From Alphaproteobacteria bacterium (GTDB lineage Bacteria; Pseudomonadota; Alphaproteobacteria; Rs-D84), in contig JAFRSF010000030.1 of assembly GCA_017427715.1 (NCBI GenBank), positions 1-62,006 on the forward strand: a stretch of 62,006 nt of DNA. The letters are read 5' to 3'. The notes under the pieces were generated by a model. That model was not told the DNA's origin and made no database searches. It saw nothing but the letters and a program-made list of their open reading frames with translations. Positions within the stretch are counted from its first letter, which is position 1; each line of letters starts with the position of its first letter. This document shows positions 25,167 through 34,969 of this stretch, one piece after another. The position numbers were made by a program, and so were the translations under genes.

Positions 25167-26153
25167 ATGCTAAAAGGGATGGGAATTATAAAAATCACAA
25201 AAAAATATCTGGTATCTTTAATATTTATGTTTGGCACAGTGTTTAATATATACGCTGATGATGCAGATTTGATTCGCAAGGCAGAAGAAATTTATGAGGC
25301 AATGCGTATAACATGTTCAGGTATATCTGATGAAATCAGCAAAGTTTCCAATATTTCAAAGGCGAATACTGCTGTGACAGCGGTTGGAACGGTTGCTGCG
25401 ACTGGTGCTTTGGCGGCAGGTATTAAAAAATCAGAAGAAGAAAAAGAAATTGAAGTTTTGATAGAAAAAATGTGTGCAGCTGGTGGTTGCACAGCCGAAG
25501 GCGTTGAAAAAATGTCTGATGCAGATTTCTTTAACAATGTGTTGATGCCGATGGCAGATATTGCAGAATTACAAAAGAAAATAAACAAATCAAAAACATT
25601 GGGTAATTGGCGTACTGGTTTGATGGCTGGTACAATTGGAACAAATTTGGCATCTGCGATAATGTCTGGATTGAATATCAAACAATCAGATTTGGTTCAG
25701 CATATCACTGCGTGTAATACAATGGTGGAAAGTTTACAAGATTTGGATATCGAAATGCGTAAAGCTGGTATAGACCCCAGAGAAGCCCAAGTTATGAATA
25801 AAATTAACAGCGCTAAAACATGGTGTAATAAATTAAGCACCAAAGATATAGAAAAAATAGAAAACAGAATGAAAGGTGTTTTGGGAACATCGGTTGTTGG
25901 TAGTGCGATTGGTGTGGTTGGCGTTGGGACTAGTGCTGCCGCGAACAGTGATACATACATGAAACTTGAAAACAAAGTGAAATTGACAGAAGATCAAAAG
26001 AAAACAGAACATGCGTTAAATACGACTGCGAATGTAATGGCTGGTGCGAACATAGCAACTGGTATAGTAGAAACAGGTTTAAATATATCACTGATAACAT
26101 TGACTAAAAAATTGATGCAACAGGCGCAACATTGTGAAGGAAACTTGAAATGA
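25167..26153 (+). CDS. secreted/membrane hypothetical protein with four Gly/Ala-zipper hydrophobic segments
   Basis: Signal peptide ...LIFMFGTVFNIYADD. Hydrophobic segments: TAVTAVGTVAATGALAAGI, GLMAGTIGTNLASAIMSGL, VLGTSVVGSAIGVVGVGTSAAA, ANVMAGANIATGIVETGL. The stop overlaps the next start (ATGA). Confidence 0.55.
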   Translation: MLKGMGIIKITKKYLVSLIFMFGTVFNIYADDADLIRKAEEIYEAMRITCSGISDEISKVSNISKANTAVTAVGTVAATGALAAGIKKSEEEKEIEVLIEKMCAAGGCTAEGVEKMSDADFFNNVLMPMADIAELQKKINKSKTLGNWRTGLMAGTIGTNLASAIMSGLNIKQSDLVQHITACNTMVESLQDLDIEMRKAGIDPREAQVMNKINSAKTWCNKLSTKDIEKIENRMKGVLGTSVVGSAIGVVGVGTSAAANSDTYMKLENKVKLTEDQKKTEHALNTTANVMAGANIATGIVETGLNISLITLTKKLMQQAQHCEGNLK

Positions 26154-27247
26154 TGAAACGACTTTTGTGTTTTTTGTTGTTTACGCTTACACCAATTATG
26201 GCGATTGCTGATGATGTCCCGTTCCAGATATTTTTTGAGATGCGGACAGCAAACGATTTTGCTAAAGGAATAGCTAATAGTGACACTTCTTCGCATTTTA
26301 AGGATTTTAATACGGATAGATGTACAGAAAATGGCAGATATAAAAATGAATATACAATTGATAGGCGCTGTTACATAACAGATGAGCAAAAACAAATGTT
26401 TCCGTACAATACTGTTGTAGAAATAACAAACGTATGTGGTCATTGTACAGGGGTTATTGTAAAAGATAAATATGATGGGAATTTATATGTATATTCTGCT
26501 GGACATTGTGTCTATTGTCATTCTATTGGAAATTCTAATATCACATTACAAGATGGCAAAAAATTTGAATTAAAACACATGCTTTCAAAACTAAATTCTT
26601 TTGGGGATTTTGCTGTGTTTGCAATACCAAAATCAGAACAATCTGGGGTACCTTATACAGAAATTGGTAGTTTAACATATACAGATGTTGATAATGTTGG
26701 ATATGGTAGTTTGCCGATTCTTAACGATAAACAGATTCATGAAGCAAAAAAACAATGGGCAGAATTTGTAAGAAAGTATGGACAAGAAGGGATTGGCAAG
26801 TACGGTGTGGCTGGTTTGGAATCTAAGGGCGGTTTTACAGCGGCTTTTGCAATGTCATCTATTTGGAAAAGTGAACAGAACGCATTAAAAGCTTCGTTTA
26901 ATTGTGACGTTGTAGAAGAATATCAGCATGAAAGTCCAAGCACAAATAAACGTGCTTGTCAGGGATTCCACGGTAATTCTGGTGGACCATTTTTTAATCG
27001 TGAAGGTAAAGTAGTTGCCATTGTAAGCAAAGGGGATGATAATTCTGCAACAAACAAATATTATGAATATCCACGCGGGTTAGAACAAAAAGCATCAAGT
27101 GTCCAATATGCACTTAGACAACACAATTTGGAACCATACAATCAACAAATGGGTCAGAAAATGATGAATATAGCGGAAAGAAATCTTCGCAAAATCGAAT
27201 TTCAAGAAATCAAAAACAATCAAAGAATGTTGAATAAACAATATTAA
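26150..27247 (+). CDS. secreted trypsin-like (S1 family) serine protease
   Basis: Signal peptide MMKRLLCFLLFTLTPIMAIADD. Catalytic triad context: YSAGHCVY (His), FGDFAVFAI (Asp), GFHGNSGGPFF (Ser). Confidence 0.8.
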   Translation: MMKRLLCFLLFTLTPIMAIADDVPFQIFFEMRTANDFAKGIANSDTSSHFKDFNTDRCTENGRYKNEYTIDRRCYITDEQKQMFPYNTVVEITNVCGHCTGVIVKDKYDGNLYVYSAGHCVYCHSIGNSNITLQDGKKFELKHMLSKLNSFGDFAVFAIPKSEQSGVPYTEIGSLTYTDVDNVGYGSLPILNDKQIHEAKKQWAEFVRKYGQEGIGKYGVAGLESKGGFTAAFAMSSIWKSEQNALKASFNCDVVEEYQHESPSTNKRACQGFHGNSGGPFFNREGKVVAIVSKGDDNSATNKYYEYPRGLEQKASSVQYALRQHNLEPYNQQMGQKMMNIAERNLRKIEFQEIKNNQRMLNKQY

Positions 27248-27401
27248 ACCGCCGTTGATTTGGTGTTTTTTTAGTTTTCTTTAACAGGATAAGTAATATA
27301 TAATCAAAAACAATAACAGAAATCATGAAACCCACAGACCTTTATAGACATATAATTAAGGTAGTGCATGGTACGTTCTTCTATAACCAAATGATTTTAT
27401 T

Positions 27402-28280
27402 TTAATCTTCCCCAAAATCCATATCACGCAGTTTTTCTGCACGTGGGGTTATTTTTGAAACCGATGTTTGAATTTGTTCTATGTCACCAGTTGTCTGTGC
27501 AAAATGCTTTTGCAGGTTATCTGTGCGGTCACTTAAACGCGATAAATCGGTCAACAATAAATCCAGTTCACGTTTAATTTTTGTTGCGACACGTTTAATT
27601 TTTATATCTGACAACACCGCACGAATTGTATTTAATGTTGCCCATAATGTAGCGGGTGAAACAATAAATACTTTCTTTCTTGCGGCATATTCAACGGTAT
27701 CAGGAAATTGTTTATGCAATTCTTCAAATATAGATTCAGATGCGATAAACATCATTGCAGATTCAGCCGTTACACCCGCAATTATATATTTTTCAGCAAT
27801 TGCATCAATGTGTTTGCGAACGTCAATTTCAAATTGCTTTTTATAACCAATATTGTTTTTATCTGTTAAAATGCGATTATAACTTTCCAGTGGAAATTTG
27901 CTGTCGATAATCATATCACCTGGTGGATATGGTAATCTAATAATACAATCAGGACGAACCCCAGTCGATAAAACACTTTGAAATGCATAACTTTCAGGTG
28001 GCATAATATCTGCAACTAAATCTTCCAGTTGTCTTTCGCCAAATGAACCACGTGCCTGTTTGTTGCCCATTAGAATATCTTTGAAATTGGCGATATCTGC
28101 ACTAATATTTTTTAATTCAATCGCATTTTGAGACAGCATGCCCAATCTTTCAGCCAATCTTTCGCGCAATCTGGTGTTGTCTTCGCGCAGGGCAGATATA
28201 TCAAAGCTTTGTTTTCGAAAGACCAATATTAACAGCAACACTATGATAACAATCAGCATAGATAAAATATAAGTTGTCAT
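27402..28280 (-). CDS. rmuC: DNA recombination protein RmuC
   Basis: N-terminal TM, coiled coil, then a conserved RmuC nuclease-like core (GSFGERQLEDLV...PDCIIRLP...IIDSKFPLESY...FIASESIF). Confidence 0.85.
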   Translation of the reverse strand: MTTYILSMLIVIIVLLLILVFRKQSFDISALREDNTRLRERLAERLGMLSQNAIELKNISADIANFKDILMGNKQARGSFGERQLEDLVADIMPPESYAFQSVLSTGVRPDCIIRLPYPPGDMIIDSKFPLESYNRILTDKNNIGYKKQFEIDVRKHIDAIAEKYIIAGVTAESAMMFIASESIFEELHKQFPDTVEYAARKKVFIVSPATLWATLNTIRAVLSDIKIKRVATKIKRELDLLLTDLSRLSDRTDNLQKHFAQTTGDIEQIQTSVSKITPRAEKLRDMDFGED

Positions 28281-28333
28281 TTGAAAATCCTTTGATACAA
28301 TTCAATTATAATGATTATAAAAGGGTTTTATAA

Positions 28334-28837
28334 ATGTTGCAAATGAAACTTTGTGGTGATTTGATTTTGCGGGAAAAATGCGAACCTGTATCGGATATTA
28401 CACCGGACATTTTAAATACCATGGATGAAATGGTAAAAATGATGTCTGCCCAGAACGGGGTTGGATTGGCAGCACCCCAAGTTGGTATTACAAAACGTTT
28501 TTTGGTTATGATGGATCCAGACACCAATGTAATATATCGTATGATAAACCCAAAAATCGTATGTAAAAGTGATAAAACCTGTGTTATGGAAGAAGGTTGT
28601 TTGTCTGTTCTCGGATCAGATGGGTTGCCTGTGTATGCGAATGTGACGCGTCCTGAATCTGTAGATGTTGAATGGACAGATGAGAACGGTAAATCAATGA
28701 AAGCAAAAATGTCTGGAACGCCGGCTAGAATAGTACAACACGAAACAGATCATTTAGATGGGATTTTATTCATAGATTATTTGTCTGGTATAAAACGCGA
28801 AATGTTAATGCGCAAAGTAAATAGGAAACATGCATGA
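28334..28837 (+). CDS. def: peptide deformylase
   Basis: Motifs GVGLAAPQVG, EGCLSV, HETDHLDG. Confidence 0.95.
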   Translation: MLQMKLCGDLILREKCEPVSDITPDILNTMDEMVKMMSAQNGVGLAAPQVGITKRFLVMMDPDTNVIYRMINPKIVCKSDKTCVMEEGCLSVLGSDGLPVYANVTRPESVDVEWTDENGKSMKAKMSGTPARIVQHETDHLDGILFIDYLSGIKREMLMRKVNRKHA

Positions 28838-29646
28838 AACTGATACTTATGGGGACAAGTGATTTTGTTGTTCCTGTGTTTGATGATTTAGCAAATAAAC
28901 ACGAAATAATCGGTGTTTTTACGCGCGCACCAAAACCAATGGGACGTAAACACATTTTGACACCGTCTCCTGTGCATGCTTGGGCGGATAAACGTGGTTT
29001 GATAGTTCATACATCTATCAAAGATTTTGATTCCATAGATGAAAAACCAGATATGATAATTGTCATGTCTTATGGTGTAATATTGCGTGATAATGTTTTA
29101 AATGCATCAAAATGTGTAAATATACATCCCAGTTCATTACCTAAATATCGTGGACCATCACCAATCAGAACCGCATTGTTAAATGGTGATACAGATATGG
29201 ATGTTTGTTTAATGGATATGGTGGCTGAAATGGATGCAGGTGATGTCTATATGCGTAGAAATATTACAATAGATATAAATGATAGAAACACAGATATTGA
29301 AAACAAAGTATCTGTCACAGCAGTTAAAATGCTGGACGAATACCTTGCAAATCCGGAATCTTTTATTGCTGTACCACAAATGGGCAAACCAACATTAACG
29401 CGCAAGTTTACTGGTGATGATGAAATAATTAACTGGAACAATGCGCCATTTCAAATTCATAATCAAATACGTGCGCTGGGATGTGGCAGAACAAAAATCA
29501 ATGGTATAGATGTCAAAATTATAGAAACGCGTTTTGAAAATGGCGAATTAAAAATTGTAAAGATTCAACCTGCTGGAAAAAGTGCTATGGATTGGAAAAG
29601 TTTTATAAATGGTCTGCATGGTGCAGATATAAAATATGGAATGTAA
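28834..29646 (+). CDS. fmt: methionyl-tRNA formyltransferase
   Basis: Motifs VNIHPSSLPKYRGPSPI and MDAGDVY. Coupled to def by an ATGA overlap. Confidence 0.9.
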   Translation: MKLILMGTSDFVVPVFDDLANKHEIIGVFTRAPKPMGRKHILTPSPVHAWADKRGLIVHTSIKDFDSIDEKPDMIIVMSYGVILRDNVLNASKCVNIHPSSLPKYRGPSPIRTALLNGDTDMDVCLMDMVAEMDAGDVYMRRNITIDINDRNTDIENKVSVTAVKMLDEYLANPESFIAVPQMGKPTLTRKFTGDDEIINWNNAPFQIHNQIRALGCGRTKINGIDVKIIETRFENGELKIVKIQPAGKSAMDWKSFINGLHGADIKYGM

Positions 29647-29651
29647 TACAT

Positions 29652-30401
29652 ATGACACGATATAAAATAGAAGTTGAATATGACGGGACTGATTTAATTG
29701 GTTGGCAGGAAAATCGCCAAGGTTCATCTGTACAATCTTTGTTGCAAGACGCGATAAAAAGTTTTTGTAGCGAACCCGTGACTGTTTTTTCAGCAGGTCG
29801 TACAGATGCCGGTGTTAATGCAATTGCAATGCCTGTGCATTTTGATTTAGAACGCGATTGGGATTGTGATACGGTTATGCGCGCAATCAATTTTTATTTG
29901 GTGAACAAGCCAGTTTCTGTTTTAAATTGTGTAAAAGTAAATGATGATTTTCATGCACGATTTAATTGTGTCCAAAGAAAATATAAATATGTCGTTATAA
30001 ATCGTTCTGCACCAGTTGTGTTGAATAAAAATCGTGCCTGGTGGGTGCCACAAAAATTAAACGTACAATTAATGCAAGAACAAGCAAAAAAATTACTGGG
30101 TAAACATGATTTTACATCATTTCGTGCTGCCCAGTGTCAGGCAAAAAGCCCAATAAAAACTTTGGATTCATGTAAAATTACGCAAAACGGTGATGAAATA
30201 ATATTTGAATTTTCTGCGCGTTCTTTTCTGCATCATCAGGTAAGAAATATGGTTGGCACTTTGGTTGATATTGGATCTGGTAAACCATATGATATTGATG
30301 AAATATTTGCACAACAAAAACGTGGTGCGGCTGGTGTTAATGCACCTGCGTGTGGTCTGTATTTTGTCAAAGGCCTTTATGCCACGGACGATTTCCATTA
30401 A
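29652..30401 (+). CDS. truA: tRNA pseudouridine(38-40) synthase
   Basis: MTRYKIEVEYDGTDLIGWQ start and catalytic-Asp motif SAGRTDAGVNA. The track ORF begins earlier, at 29592. Confidence 0.92.
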   Translation: MTRYKIEVEYDGTDLIGWQENRQGSSVQSLLQDAIKSFCSEPVTVFSAGRTDAGVNAIAMPVHFDLERDWDCDTVMRAINFYLVNKPVSVLNCVKVNDDFHARFNCVQRKYKYVVINRSAPVVLNKNRAWWVPQKLNVQLMQEQAKKLLGKHDFTSFRAAQCQAKSPIKTLDSCKITQNGDEIIFEFSARSFLHHQVRNMVGTLVDIGSGKPYDIDEIFAQQKRGAAGVNAPACGLYFVKGLYATDDFH

Positions 30402-32364
30402 TCCTTTTAATTTTACCGTTTGGATAAATGACCATACCACCACGTAATATTTTTGCATGACAATTTGGTGCTTTGATTTCCAGTGGTGTTACAATGAAAT
30501 CAACAGATTTATCACGACATACAGTATTTATGTTATCTATCACAGTTTTTATTGTTTGCATATAAATCAAATTCCAATTTGGGGTTTTAAAAACACATAA
30601 ACCTTTTTCGCATTTCTTGCGATTATTTTTATCGGATAATTCTTCATTATTAAATGCCTTCCAACTGTTAAATGCATGATAATGTTTTGAAGATTTAGAT
30701 TTGTTAAATTGTAATTTTCCATTTTCAACAAAACCAACCAGTTCATTATCAAATGCAGAATAAAACAAAGGTTTACTTTTGGTGTTTTGTATTATTATTG
30801 CTGTTAAAATAAATATCATGCCAATGATGTAATTTATATTTTTTTTAAAATAATTTTTTGAATCAGATTTTACAATTAATGTAATGCACAACAATCCAAT
30901 AATACACAAAATTAAAACAGTATTAGACATGTTGTTTATGTGTATATTGGCAAATGGTAAATCAGATATATACGTTGCAATGTTCAAAGCAAAATTATAG
31001 ATATTATCTGCAACGTTCAAAAGAAAATGATTTCCAAACAAAACAAAAATCGTTCCGACCATAATCAAAGGCATAATAGCAAAAGAAAATATTGGCAATA
31101 TAATAATGTTTCCGATAATGGTGTACAAAGGAATATAACCAAAATGCGCAATTATAAATGGCAAAGTGAAAATGCCTGCTATGAATGCGGTCATCAAAGC
31201 GCTATATAACCAAAATCCAATGCGTTTAATAGATGTTCTTTTATGATAGATTGTGTCTTGGTAAAACCACAATAAACCAAATATAGCAGCAAAAGATAAT
31301 TGAAATCCAACATGCATAACATAGAACGGATTTATCAGAAAAATAATCATAAACACCAAAGACGCGTTACGCAACGATAATACATTGCGATTGAATATGC
31401 ACGCTGCAAATATCAAAGTAGTCATTAAAAATGCACGAATTGTTGCAACACCTAAACCAGAAATACATAGATAAAATATCAAACCAATCCATGCGCAAAA
31501 CATAGCAGGATATTTTGCAGGTATGCGTTTTGTTATTGACGGTATACACCTGAATAATAAATAAAACAAAGCAAACAACCACCCACCAACCAAAGTCATG
31601 TGAAAACCGCTAATAGACCAAACATGTCCGACACCCACAGATTGCCAAATATCGCTTTCTGATTTAGGAATAATTTGTTTGTATCCTAACACCAAAGAAT
31701 CTGTTAATTTAGATTGTGCTGTTTGATGTATCGTGTCACGTACAGAACCAACAGTCGTATTTGAAGATATAATTTTGTAATCAATCAAGAAACCGTTTCC
31801 AGACAATTTATTAAAATATGACCACCGTGCATAATCAAAAGAATCAGGAACATACTGGGATGAAGGATGAAATATTCGTGCGTGGCCTGTGATAATATCA
31901 TTTATGTTTGGAATTTTTGCTTGGTTATCTAATGTTAGACGTATATTTGTATGCTTATTGGGCGATATTTGTGAATCAATTTGATTTGCCGGCACGTTTA
32001 ATAAAATGCGTACTGATTTGTCAGTATAATCTATATCTGCAATATTTCCTGAAATAAAAGTTTTATCAAAAGATTGGTGTATTTGTGGTGTTTTTATTAT
32101 TTGTGTAAAAGACATAGAATAAAAGAATCCAAAGAAAAACAAAGCAACAACTGTAATAACAATATTTTTATGTTTGTATATTATCAACCCCAATAAAATT
32201 GTAATCAGAATCGGAAACCGAAAATATGGTTCGGTATACAGTGAAAAATACAGCGCCGCCCCAAAAGCAATTACAAACGGTAACCATAGAAACATATTTT
32301 TATATTGATTTGCCAAGAATGTTTTCATGTTTGGATTATAGGATTTTATTCGCTTGCACTGCAA
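30367..32364 (-). CDS. comEC: ComEC/Rec2 family DNA internalisation channel protein
   Basis: Polytopic membrane protein with competence-domain motif VWSISGFHMTLVGG. The start is uncertain (TTG 32364 or ATG 32328). No obvious metallo-beta-lactamase motifs in the C-terminal part. Confidence 0.8.
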   Translation of the reverse strand: MQCKRIKSYNPNMKTFLANQYKNMFLWLPFVIAFGAALYFSLYTEPYFRFPILITILLGLIIYKHKNIVITVVALFFFGFFYSMSFTQIIKTPQIHQSFDKTFISGNIADIDYTDKSVRILLNVPANQIDSQISPNKHTNIRLTLDNQAKIPNINDIITGHARIFHPSSQYVPDSFDYARWSYFNKLSGNGFLIDYKIISSNTTVGSVRDTIHQTAQSKLTDSLVLGYKQIIPKSESDIWQSVGVGHVWSISGFHMTLVGGWLFALFYLLFRCIPSITKRIPAKYPAMFCAWIGLIFYLCISGLGVATIRAFLMTTLIFAACIFNRNVLSLRNASLVFMIIFLINPFYVMHVGFQLSFAAIFGLLWFYQDTIYHKRTSIKRIGFWLYSALMTAFIAGIFTLPFIIAHFGYIPLYTIIGNIIILPIFSFAIMPLIMVGTIFVLFGNHFLLNVADNIYNFALNIATYISDLPFANIHINNMSNTVLILCIIGLLCITLIVKSDSKNYFKKNINYIIGMIFILTAIIIQNTKSKPLFYSAFDNELVGFVENGKLQFNKSKSSKHYHAFNSWKAFNNEELSDKNNRKKCEKGLCVFKTPNWNLIYMQTIKTVIDNINTVCRDKSVDFIVTPLEIKAPNCHAKILRGGMVIYPNGKIKRINGNRPWHKGL

Positions 32365-32408
32365 TCAATATTTTTTTAATATAACCAGAAAAATAAGGAG
32401 AAAAAACT

Positions 32409-33977
32409 ATGTCAAAATATATCTTTGTTACCGGTGGTGTTGTATCCAGTTTAGGCAAGGGCGTTTCAGCGGCATCGTTGGGCGCCCTTCTTCAATCGCG
32501 GGGTTATACTGTTCATGTTCGCAAATTTGACCCATATTTAAATGTCGATCCGGGAACAATGTCACCATTACAACATGGTGAAGTTTACGTCACAAATGAT
32601 GGTTTTGAAACTGATTTGGATTTGGGATATTATGAAAGATTTCTGGGGGTAAAATTGTCCAGAACAGATTCGGTTTCTGGTGGGCGTATTTATTGGGATG
32701 TTTTAAATGCAGAAAGACATGGTGATTATTTGGGGGCGACTGTTCAACTGATTCCGCATGTATCTAATAAGATTAAAGAATATATTGGTCGTCCTACTGA
32801 TACCGATTTTGTGATTTGTGAAATCGGTGGTACCGTGGGTGACATAGAAGGTAAAATATTCCTTGAATCTATACGTCAATTTGCAAATGATGTGGGACGG
32901 CGAAATGTTATGTTTGCGCATTTAACCTTGGCGCCTTATTTGGAACAGAGTGGCGAATTAAAAACTAAACCAACACAAATGTCTGTTCGCAGGTTGCTGG
33001 AGAATGGTATTCAGGCGGATGTTTTATTTGTTCGTTCGCCACGTATGTTGACCCCAGATGAACAGGCAAAGATAGGTATGTTCTGTAATTTACCTGCTAA
33101 AAATGTTATAACCAGTATGAACGTTGATAATATTTACAAGATTCCATTGGTTTATGAAGCACAACACGTATTCGATATTATGGCAGAGCATTTTGGATTG
33201 CCAATGGCGGCTGGTGATATGGAAAAATTCCATAAAATAGAAAATTATTTGGCGGCGGATTTGCCAACTTGTACAATTGGTATGGTTGGAAAATATTTTG
33301 ACGTACCAGATGCCTATAAATCTTTGAACGAAGCATTATTTCATGCAGGTATTCAAAACAATGTACATGTGAAAATCAAAAAAATAGATGCAGAACATTT
33401 TAATCCGGAAGATTGTAAAGACGTTGATGCGATTTTGGTTCCTGGCGGTTTTGGCGCACGTGGTGTTGATGGAAAAATAGCGGCAGCAGGTTATGCGCGT
33501 GAAAACAATGTGCCATATATGGGAATATGTTTAGGAATGCAGGTTGCAGTTATTGAATATATGCGTAATGTAGTTGGCGATAAAAACGCTAATTCAACAG
33601 AGTTTGCAAAAAATTGCACCCCTGTGATTGGTATTATGGCAGATTGCAACAAAGATGATATGGGTGGAACATTGCGTTTGGGGGCGTATCCTTGCAATAT
33701 AAAACCGAATACTTTGGCAGCAAAGATTTATGGTGCAGATACAATATCTGAACGTCATCGCCACAGATATGAAATGGACATTAAATGCCAAGAAATTTTA
33801 GAGAAAAATGGTATGATTATATCTGGTCTTTCACCAGATGGTAAATTGCCAGAAATTGTAGAAATCCCATCGCATAAGTTTTTCATAGCGGGTCAATTTC
33901 ATCCGGAATTTCAAAGCAATCCATATACCGGTCATCCATTGTTCAATGCCTTTATCGCAGCAGCAATGAAAAAGTGA
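32409..33977 (+). CDS. pyrG: CTP synthase
   Basis: MSKYIFVTGGVVSSLGKG P-loop-like start and glutaminase motif GICLGMQ...HRHRYE. Confidence 0.97.
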   Translation: MSKYIFVTGGVVSSLGKGVSAASLGALLQSRGYTVHVRKFDPYLNVDPGTMSPLQHGEVYVTNDGFETDLDLGYYERFLGVKLSRTDSVSGGRIYWDVLNAERHGDYLGATVQLIPHVSNKIKEYIGRPTDTDFVICEIGGTVGDIEGKIFLESIRQFANDVGRRNVMFAHLTLAPYLEQSGELKTKPTQMSVRRLLENGIQADVLFVRSPRMLTPDEQAKIGMFCNLPAKNVITSMNVDNIYKIPLVYEAQHVFDIMAEHFGLPMAAGDMEKFHKIENYLAADLPTCTIGMVGKYFDVPDAYKSLNEALFHAGIQNNVHVKIKKIDAEHFNPEDCKDVDAILVPGGFGARGVDGKIAAAGYARENNVPYMGICLGMQVAVIEYMRNVVGDKNANSTEFAKNCTPVIGIMADCNKDDMGGTLRLGAYPCNIKPNTLAAKIYGADTISERHRHRYEMDIKCQEILEKNGMIISGLSPDGKLPEIVEIPSHKFFIAGQFHPEFQSNPYTGHPLFNAFIAAAMKK

Positions 33978-33980
33978 AAC

Positions 33981-34009
33981 AAAAAAACCTGTAATTTACA
34001 GGTTTTTTT
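33981..34009. terminator. bidirectional terminator
   Basis: aaaaaaa-cctgtaa-ttt-acagg-ttttttt. Confidence 0.85.
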
Positions 34010-34024
34010 GTTTATGTAAATATT

Positions 34025-34234
34025 CTACTTTGCAAGAGATTTTTTTGCGGTTAAAACAACATTAACCAAATCAGCAATAAATTTTTTCAACATGCTAAAT
34101 GATGTTGCTTTTGCACATGGTTCTGATTTTATTTCAGCAAGTGCATTTAACCCATTTTGTTTAAAATCGTTGCACTTTTTACTGTTGCGGTTAAATACAC
34201 TGTCGTCACTCCAATTATCATTCCATTCTGCCAT
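34025..34234 (-). CDS. hypothetical small protein (69 aa)
   Basis: ORF with SD aaaaggattaaatATG. No recognisable motif. Confidence 0.4.
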   Translation of the reverse strand: MAEWNDNWSDDSVFNRNSKKCNDFKQNGLNALAEIKSEPCAKATSFSMLKKFIADLVNVVLTAKKSLAK

Positions 34235-34314
34235 ATTTAATCCTTTTGTTTAAATCAGTTAATTTGTATCATAAAAAAAAACAAATGTCAATTTTTTGGT
34301 CAAACAACAAGCGA

Positions 34315-34629
34315 TTATTTCCCGAAAATAAAATCTTGATTTGATGATACGGATATAATTGTATTAACATCGTCATCAGGTGCGGAATGTTGCCGAATTA
34401 TTTTACCACATTTTTCACATTTATGTGTAATTATAAAACCATCTGTTGTTGTTTCTATAGATATGGGTTTCATCATGCCACCACATGTTGATAATCTGTC
34501 GCCTGGATTGTTATCAACATGTTTGGAATATAAACATTTTGGGCAATGGTTTGTATATCCATTGCCCACAACACGTGTGCCACAGTTGGCACAAATAAAA
34601 TCTTCAATTTTCTTTGTGAATTTTTTCAT
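34315..34629 (-). CDS. RNHCP domain-containing zinc-ribbon protein
   Basis: FICANCGTRVVGNGYTNHCPKCLYSKHVDNNPGDRLSTCGGMMKP matches the RNHCP-domain signature (C..CG...RNHCP.CL.S.HvD..PGDR..C.G.M.P). The start abuts the gapR stop (TAAATG). Confidence 0.7.
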   Translation of the reverse strand: MKKFTKKIEDFICANCGTRVVGNGYTNHCPKCLYSKHVDNNPGDRLSTCGGMMKPISIETTTDGFIITHKCEKCGKIIRQHSAPDDDVNTIISVSSNQDFIFGK

Positions 34630-34878
34630 TTATAAACCCAAAGCATCACGATACATCTTTGTTAGTTCGTCTGCCTCATCCAATTCGTCTGGATCCATTT
34701 TTCTTAGACGTATCATTTGACGGATATACTTCGGATCATATCCTGCGGATTTTGCTTCGCTAAAAACTTCTTTGATATCAGCAGCAACAGCAGCAGCATC
34801 TTCATTTAATTTTTCGATACGTTCAATAATACTGGTTAATTGAGCGTTATCTATGGAACCATGGTTTGCGTTTTTCAT
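34630..34878 (-). CDS. gapR: GapR / DUF2312 (UPF0335) nucleoid-associated protein
   Basis: The 82-aa sequence LTSIIERIEKLNEDAAAVAADIKEVFSEAKSAGYDPKYIRQMIRLRKMDPDEL is the conserved alphaproteobacterial DUF2312 pattern. SD gaggaaggat. Confidence 0.85.
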   Translation of the reverse strand: MKNANHGSIDNAQLTSIIERIEKLNEDAAAVAADIKEVFSEAKSAGYDPKYIRQMIRLRKMDPDELDEADELTKMYRDALGL

Positions 34879-34969
34879 ATCCTTCCTCTTGTTTTTTACA
34901 TGTAATATATGATAAACTATAGATTATAAAAATCAAATATTTTTAATGTTTGTGGACAGGGGGCAAACT

